A stretch of DNA of 64,000 nucleotides from Desulfobacterales bacterium (lineage in GTDB: Bacteria; Desulfobacterota; Desulfobacteria; Desulfobacterales; UBA5852). The first letter of the stretch is position 1, and each line of letters starts with the position of its first letter. Position numbers and translations under genes: made by a program. Where the stretch lies: positions 1,984,001 through 2,048,000 of the forward strand of contig CAXXVS010000002.1 of assembly GCA_963674755.2 (NCBI GenBank). Reading direction: 5' to 3'. Of this stretch, positions 59,356 to 64,000 are shown piece after piece. Under the pieces are notes generated by a model. That model was not told the origin of the DNA. It saw nothing but the letters and a program-made list of their open reading frames with translations, and did not search any database.

Positions 59356-61962
59356 ATGTTTAAAAATCTGAAACTGAGAACCAAGATTACGCTTCTCGTT
59401 GTTTTCGCAGCGTTTATCCCGATGCTGGCGTCGGGTTTAAACGTGGCTAAAAGCAACATCGACATGCAGGAAGCCGCCACCCAAGAAAGTATCAAGCTGG
59501 CCACGACAGATCTGGACCACATCGCCGAAGGCGTCTACCGCATGTGTGAAACCCAGAACGACATCCTTCTGAAAAACCTCGAAGCCTATTTAAATGCCGA
59601 GCGGCAAATCGTTGAGGAGCTTGGAGGCATTTCCCTAGCCTATGAGAATATCCCCTGGAAGGCCACCAACCAGCTCACCCAGGCCAGCCTCTCCGTCGAT
59701 TTGCCCAAAATGCTCGTGGGCAACACCTGGTTCGGCCAAACCCAGGAAACCACAACAAGCGTTCCGGTTGTGGATCGCGTAGGCAGCCTGGCGGAAAATT
59801 TGTCGGTCTCCATTTTCCAGCGCATGAATGCTTCCGGCGACATGCTCCGCATTGCGTCCAACGTTGTAGGGGAAAACGGCCTGCGAGCCATCGGCACCTT
59901 TATCCCCCGTATGACACCGGACGGGAAGGCCAATCCGGTCGTGAACCAGATCCTACGCGGACAAACCTATCAGGGGCGCGCCTTCGTCGTCGACAAGTGG
60001 TATCTCACGGCCTATGAACCCATCTTCGATCGGGACAAACATATCGTCGGCATGCTCTCGGTGGGTATTCCCCAGGAAAGCATCCAAAGTTTGCGGCAGG
60101 CCATCTATAACATTCAGGTTGGAAAAACCGGATACGTCTATGTACTGGACAGCCAGGGACACTACGTCATCTCCGAAAACGGCACCCGCGACGGGGAGGA
60201 CATTTCCCAGGCCAAGGATACCGACGGTGATCTCTTCATCCAGCAGATCGTTGCCAAATCACGCGCGCTCAAGCCGGGGGAGGTGGCCGAACACCGCTAT
60301 CCCTGGCAGAACCCAGGTGATCCGGCCCCCCGTATGAAGGTTGCCCGGCTGATGTATTTTGCACCCTGGGACTGGGTCATCGGCTCGGGTTCGTATGAAG
60401 ACGAATTCATGTCAGCCGCCACCCGTATTCAGGACTTCGCGCGCCGCAGCCGAATCACCCAAATCGTGGTGGCGTTGACCTGTGTCATCATCTTCGGTTT
60501 TCTGGGTGTTCTGGTGGCGCGGACCATCGCCCGCCCCATCGTCAAAATCGCGGAGGCCGTCAACACCGTCGCCCGCGAGCGGGACCTGACGATCGAGGTC
60601 CCGGTGGAAAGTAAAGACGAGGTCGGCGTCATGGCCGGCGAGTTCAACAAGATGATGAAGCTGCTGCGGGATTCTTTCCAGCTGGTCACCAAAGCCGCCC
60701 TGGACGTGGAACGCAACGCCGGTGACGTGGCCCAGCGGGCTTCCGCCAATAAGGAACGCGCCGAGCATCAGGCCCAGCAGATGCAAGTCATGAAAGAAAC
60801 CGTGGAAGCCATGCGGGCCACGGCCGCCGAAGTCGCCGGGGCATCTGAAGCCCAGAGGGAGGCGGCGGACCTCTCCAGCGGCAACGTCTCATCCCTGATG
60901 GAAAACATGCATACGGTAACCGAGGCTTCCGGCAGTCAGGTGGAAGAGGCCAGCACGGCCACGGACCGCGTGCAGGCCATGGGGGACACCGGTGCCCGGG
61001 TTGTGGAAAATGCCCAGCAGCAGGGCACCCAGGTGCTGGCGGTATCCCAGGCCGTCGATCGAATGGAAGTCGCCGTCAACGAGCTCACCACCGCCACCAA
61101 CAGCGCCATGGAGTTCGCCCAGAGCGCCCTCCAGGCGGTTGAGGAAGGGACCGAGTCGGTGGAGGCAACGGTTGACGGCATGAAAGCCATCTCCGAGTCT
61201 TCGGAGCAGATTTCGGAAATCATCACCGTTATTACCGAAATCGCCGAGCAGACCAACCTCCTGTCCCTCAACGCGGCCATCGAGGCCGCCCGCGCCGGCG
61301 CCCACGGCAAGGGTTTCGCCGTGGTCGCCGACGAAGTCGGTAAACTGGCCCAGCGCTCCTCGGAAGCTGCCAAGGAAATCACCCAGCTCATCAAGGACTC
61401 CACGGCGCGCGTGGCGGAAGGGGCCCAGCTTTCGGACCGCTCCCGCCGGGCGCTGGAAAAAATTGCGGCTGGTGGTGGTACCAATATGCAGGCCATCCAG
61501 GAGATTGCCCGCACGGCCGACAACATCGCGACAGGGACCAAAGAGGTCAATGTCATGATGGAAGACCTCAACAAACTGGCCCGCGAAATTGCCGACATGG
61601 CCGGCCAGCAGGGCGAACGCCGTTCCGCCGCCCAGACGGCCCTGGCGGCCCTAGTGGAAAAATCGAACGCCATTTCCGAACTGATCACCAATGCCAACCA
61701 GGGGATGACCGAAATCGGCAGCCAGATGCAGGGCGTCGTGGAACGAACCCACCAGATGAAGGAGATGACCGGCGCCCAGGCCCAGCGTTCGCAAAAGCTC
61801 ACCGAAATCACCGAAGCTTCGGCCTCGGCGGCCATGCAAACCATGGAAGGGGCCGGCACCGTTGTGGGCATCACCGGTGAACTTAAGACCCTTTCGGAAG
61901 CTCTGGCACGCCAGGTGGAACAGTTCAAGGTGGGCAATCATTCCGGCCCCGCCCAATCATGA
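59356..61962 (+). CDS. Methyl-accepting chemotaxis protein with Cache domains and HAMP
   Basis: Two TMs, Cache-like periplasmic region, [35 protein letters not shown]. Confidence 0.95.
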   Translation: MFKNLKLRTKITLLVVFAAFIPMLASGLNVAKSNIDMQEAATQESIKLATTDLDHIAEGVYRMCETQNDILLKNLEAYLNAERQIVEELGGISLAYENIPWKATNQLTQASLSVDLPKMLVGNTWFGQTQETTTSVPVVDRVGSLAENLSVSIFQRMNASGDMLRIASNVVGENGLRAIGTFIPRMTPDGKANPVVNQILRGQTYQGRAFVVDKWYLTAYEPIFDRDKHIVGMLSVGIPQESIQSLRQAIYNIQVGKTGYVYVLDSQGHYVISENGTRDGEDISQAKDTDGDLFIQQIVAKSRALKPGEVAEHRYPWQNPGDPAPRMKVARLMYFAPWDWVIGSGSYEDEFMSAATRIQDFARRSRITQIVVALTCVIIFGFLGVLVARTIARPIVKIAEAVNTVARERDLTIEVPVESKDEVGVMAGEFNKMMKLLRDSFQLVTKAALDVERNAGDVAQRASANKERAEHQAQQMQVMKETVEAMRATAAEVAGASEAQREAADLSSGNVSSLMENMHTVTEASGSQVEEASTATDRVQAMGDTGARVVENAQQQGTQVLAVSQAVDRMEVAVNELTTATNSAMEFAQSALQAVEEGTESVEATVDGMKAISESSEQISEIITVITEIAEQTNLLSLNAAIEAARAGAHGKGFAVVADEVGKLAQRSSEAAKEITQLIKDSTARVAEGAQLSDRSRRALEKIAAGGGTNMQAIQEIARTADNIATGTKEVNVMMEDLNKLAREIADMAGQQGERRSAAQTALAALVEKSNAISELITNANQGMTEIGSQMQGVVERTHQMKEMTGAQAQRSQKLTEITEASASAAMQTMEGAGTVVGITGELKTLSEALARQVEQFKVGNHSGPAQS

Positions 61963-62114
61963 TACGCGTGCGAACACTGCGCGAGCCGGTATTATCCGGC
62001 GGGTCGGTGGACGGCAGAGCAGCCGCAAGCCCTGTCCAATGTCATCGGCCTGCCGGAGTACACGACCTCTCCCGGGGAGTCGACCGGAAGCCGCCGTTGA
62101 AGGAGATATGAACC

Positions 62115-62633
62115 ATGGAAGAACCCAATCTGAACCGTGAAACCGATCAAGACGATAAAGAGCGCTTGATGCAGTTGGTGGGGTTTGTGATCGGCAAAGA
62201 GCTCTTTGGGGTCGATATCCTGATGGTCCAGGAGATCATTCGGGAAACCCCCATCACGCCGATCCCCAATTCGCCCGATTTTATCGAGGGCGTGATCAAC
62301 CTGCGCGGCAACATCATCCCGGTCATCGATCTGCGCAAACGTCTCAATTTACGGGAGGAGACCGCACCGCCAGGACAGATCTGGATTATGATTCTCAATG
62401 TCAATGGCCGGATCACCGGTTTCATCGTCGACAGCGTCACTCAGGTTTTGAAGGTGCCCTCGAACAGCATCAAGCCCCCGCCGGACATCGTGGTATCGGG
62501 GCTGCAGAGCCAATACATTACGGGTGTTTGCCGGATCGACAAACGTTTGCTGATCCTGCTGGATTTCAACCGGATTCTGCTGGTTGAAGAAATCAAGAAA
62601 CTGAATGACTTCAAGGCAACGGCAAGTGTCTGA
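62115..62633 (+). CDS. cheW: Chemotaxis protein CheW
   Basis: FGVDI..VQEII, GVINLRGNIIPVIDLR. Confidence 0.93.
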   Translation: MEEPNLNRETDQDDKERLMQLVGFVIGKELFGVDILMVQEIIRETPITPIPNSPDFIEGVINLRGNIIPVIDLRKRLNLREETAPPGQIWIMILNVNGRITGFIVDSVTQVLKVPSNSIKPPPDIVVSGLQSQYITGVCRIDKRLLILLDFNRILLVEEIKKLNDFKATASV

Positions 62634-62702
62634 CAAGCGTCACCGGGGAGACTTTCCCTGTGAGGTGGCCAGGACAAGCAGCGTAGCAGAAAGGTTGATT
62701 CG

Positions 62703-63056
62703 ATGGGAAAATCGATTCTCATTGTGGATGACTCCTCCATCATGCGAAAAATGATCAAGGAGACGCTCAAATCGGCCGGCCATGACGTGATCGGCGAGGC
62801 CAAGAACGGCGATGATGCCGTTGTTCTTTATAAACAGCTGAAACCTGATCTGGTCACAATGGATATTACCATGCGCGGCATGGACGGTTTTGAGGCCGCC
62901 CGGCAAATTCTGCACGACGACGATCACGCCTGCATCATCTTCCTGTCCAATCTGGACGAAGCACAATACAGCCAGGAAGCGGCGAAGATCGGCGCCAAGG
63001 GTTACCTCAACAAGCATCGATCCAAGGACATTTTATCCCTGATCGAGCAGCTTTAG
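62703..63056 (+). CDS. CheY-like single-domain response regulator
   Basis: IVDDS, MDITM, GAKGYLNK. Confidence 0.9.
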   Translation: MGKSILIVDDSSIMRKMIKETLKSAGHDVIGEAKNGDDAVVLYKQLKPDLVTMDITMRGMDGFEAARQILHDDDHACIIFLSNLDEAQYSQEAAKIGAKGYLNKHRSKDILSLIEQL

Positions 63057-63107
63057 CGTTGGAAACGGCCGCCTGAAACGACGGCCGATCGTTTCGGACC
63101 CTAATCG

Positions 63108-63821
63108 ATGGCGTTCATCGCCACTTGGATTATGGACAAGATGACGCACGCGACAGACAATATCGAAAACCGCTCGGCAGCGGTGGTTTCCCGACCGTCC
63201 GGGAAGATCAGGTCTATCAGACATCACCTGTTGTGGTGTTTCCTGATCATTACCCTGGTGTCGCTGGGGGTGGGATGCGTTCTGCTGGCCGATCCGGTTG
63301 GCGCGCCGGGCCTGGATGGACAAGGATTGCCCGACCAGGCGCTGGCCTTCTGGAAGCCGCTGCATTGGCGCATTGCCATCGGAATCCTGCTGATCATTTC
63401 TGCCGCCGGGGGTCTTCTCTATCGCCTCAATCATATGATTGTCCGGCCGCTGGAGAGGACCGCCGCGGCCGCTGGGCGCATGGCGGAAGGAAACCTGGGT
63501 GAAACGATCGCGGCATGCGCCTGCGACGAAATCGACCGTATCGGAGAAGGGGTCAACAGCCTGTCGGTGAATTTCCAGGAGGCCCTTATTCTTGTCTGGA
63601 ATCAAACCGAAAATGCCATCACACGGATTCAGCGCACAACCCGCCAACTGGCGCCGGACAAGACGGCGTGCGGCTTTGCGGAAATGATGGCGGATTTGGC
63701 GACCGCAAAGCAGGACCTGGAGACCATGCAGATGATGGTCCGTTCCTTCGATCTGTATGACGTCACGATCACCGATAGGGACATGGTGACGGCCAAAGGC
63801 AAGGCCGAGGTGCCGAACTGA
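63108..63821 (+). CDS. Membrane protein with HAMP domain and short coiled-coil tail
   Basis: Two TMs, HAMP (IVRPL..MAEGNL..DEIDRIG..VN), no kinase or MCP tip motif. Confidence 0.7.
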   Translation: MAFIATWIMDKMTHATDNIENRSAAVVSRPSGKIRSIRHHLLWCFLIITLVSLGVGCVLLADPVGAPGLDGQGLPDQALAFWKPLHWRIAIGILLIISAAGGLLYRLNHMIVRPLERTAAAAGRMAEGNLGETIAACACDEIDRIGEGVNSLSVNFQEALILVWNQTENAITRIQRTTRQLAPDKTACGFAEMMADLATAKQDLETMQMMVRSFDLYDVTITDRDMVTAKGKAEVPN

Positions 63822-63912
63822 CGGAAAGGTTGGGGTCCGGCCGATCGAATACGGCGGCCCGGACCTGTTCACGGCCCCCGGAGGCAATGCGGCGGCCCAC
63901 AAGGAGAATACC

Positions 63913-64000
63913 ATGACGGATTTGTCTTTGCTTCAGGATTTCGTTACCGAGACGGTCGAGCATCTTGAAGAGATGGAAGGCAATCTTCTCCAGCTCGAAA
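63913..64000 (+). CDS. cheA: CheA histidine kinase, 5' end (truncated by window edge)
   Basis: AAGGAG RBS; LLQDFVTETVEHLEEMEGNLLQLE is a typical Hpt first helix; chemotaxis context. Confidence 0.7.
   Translation, partial: MTDLSLLQDFVTETVEHLEEMEGNLLQLE

Overview
GC-rich bacterial chromosomal window. Gene content and order suggest a sulfate-reducing Desulfobacterota (Desulfobacterales-like); this is inference only. The left part (1-27.5 kb) is accessory. It holds two tripartite RND efflux systems, a SpoIIE/PP2C sensor phosphatase and a collapsed L-Ara4N lipid A modification locus: an arnB'-'arnD deletion relic, intact arnT and an OmpR-type two-component system with a frameshifted kinase. It also holds a GntR-betA-betB-binding protein choline oxidation operon and a c-di-GMP-I riboswitch controlling an unknown gene. 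The middle is core genome: murJ, rpsT, lptE, leuS, Rne/Rng nuclease, yajC-secDF, dprA-topA, ilvDBNC-cimA-leuA with a clear leader-peptide attenuator, and pyrD. Three copies of a 230-260 bp strand-asymmetric hairpin repeat with compensatory base changes lie between 26.6 and 36.8 kb. The right end has a PilZ gene and an intact but apparently catalytically dead IS1595-family transposase behind a sigma54-type promoter, a candidate domesticated transposase. It is followed by an atypical chemotaxis cluster: Zn-ribbon CheB lacking the catalytic His, a very long MCP, CheW, CheY-like, a HAMP protein and the start of CheA. All family assignments come from motif recognition by eye; no searches were run.
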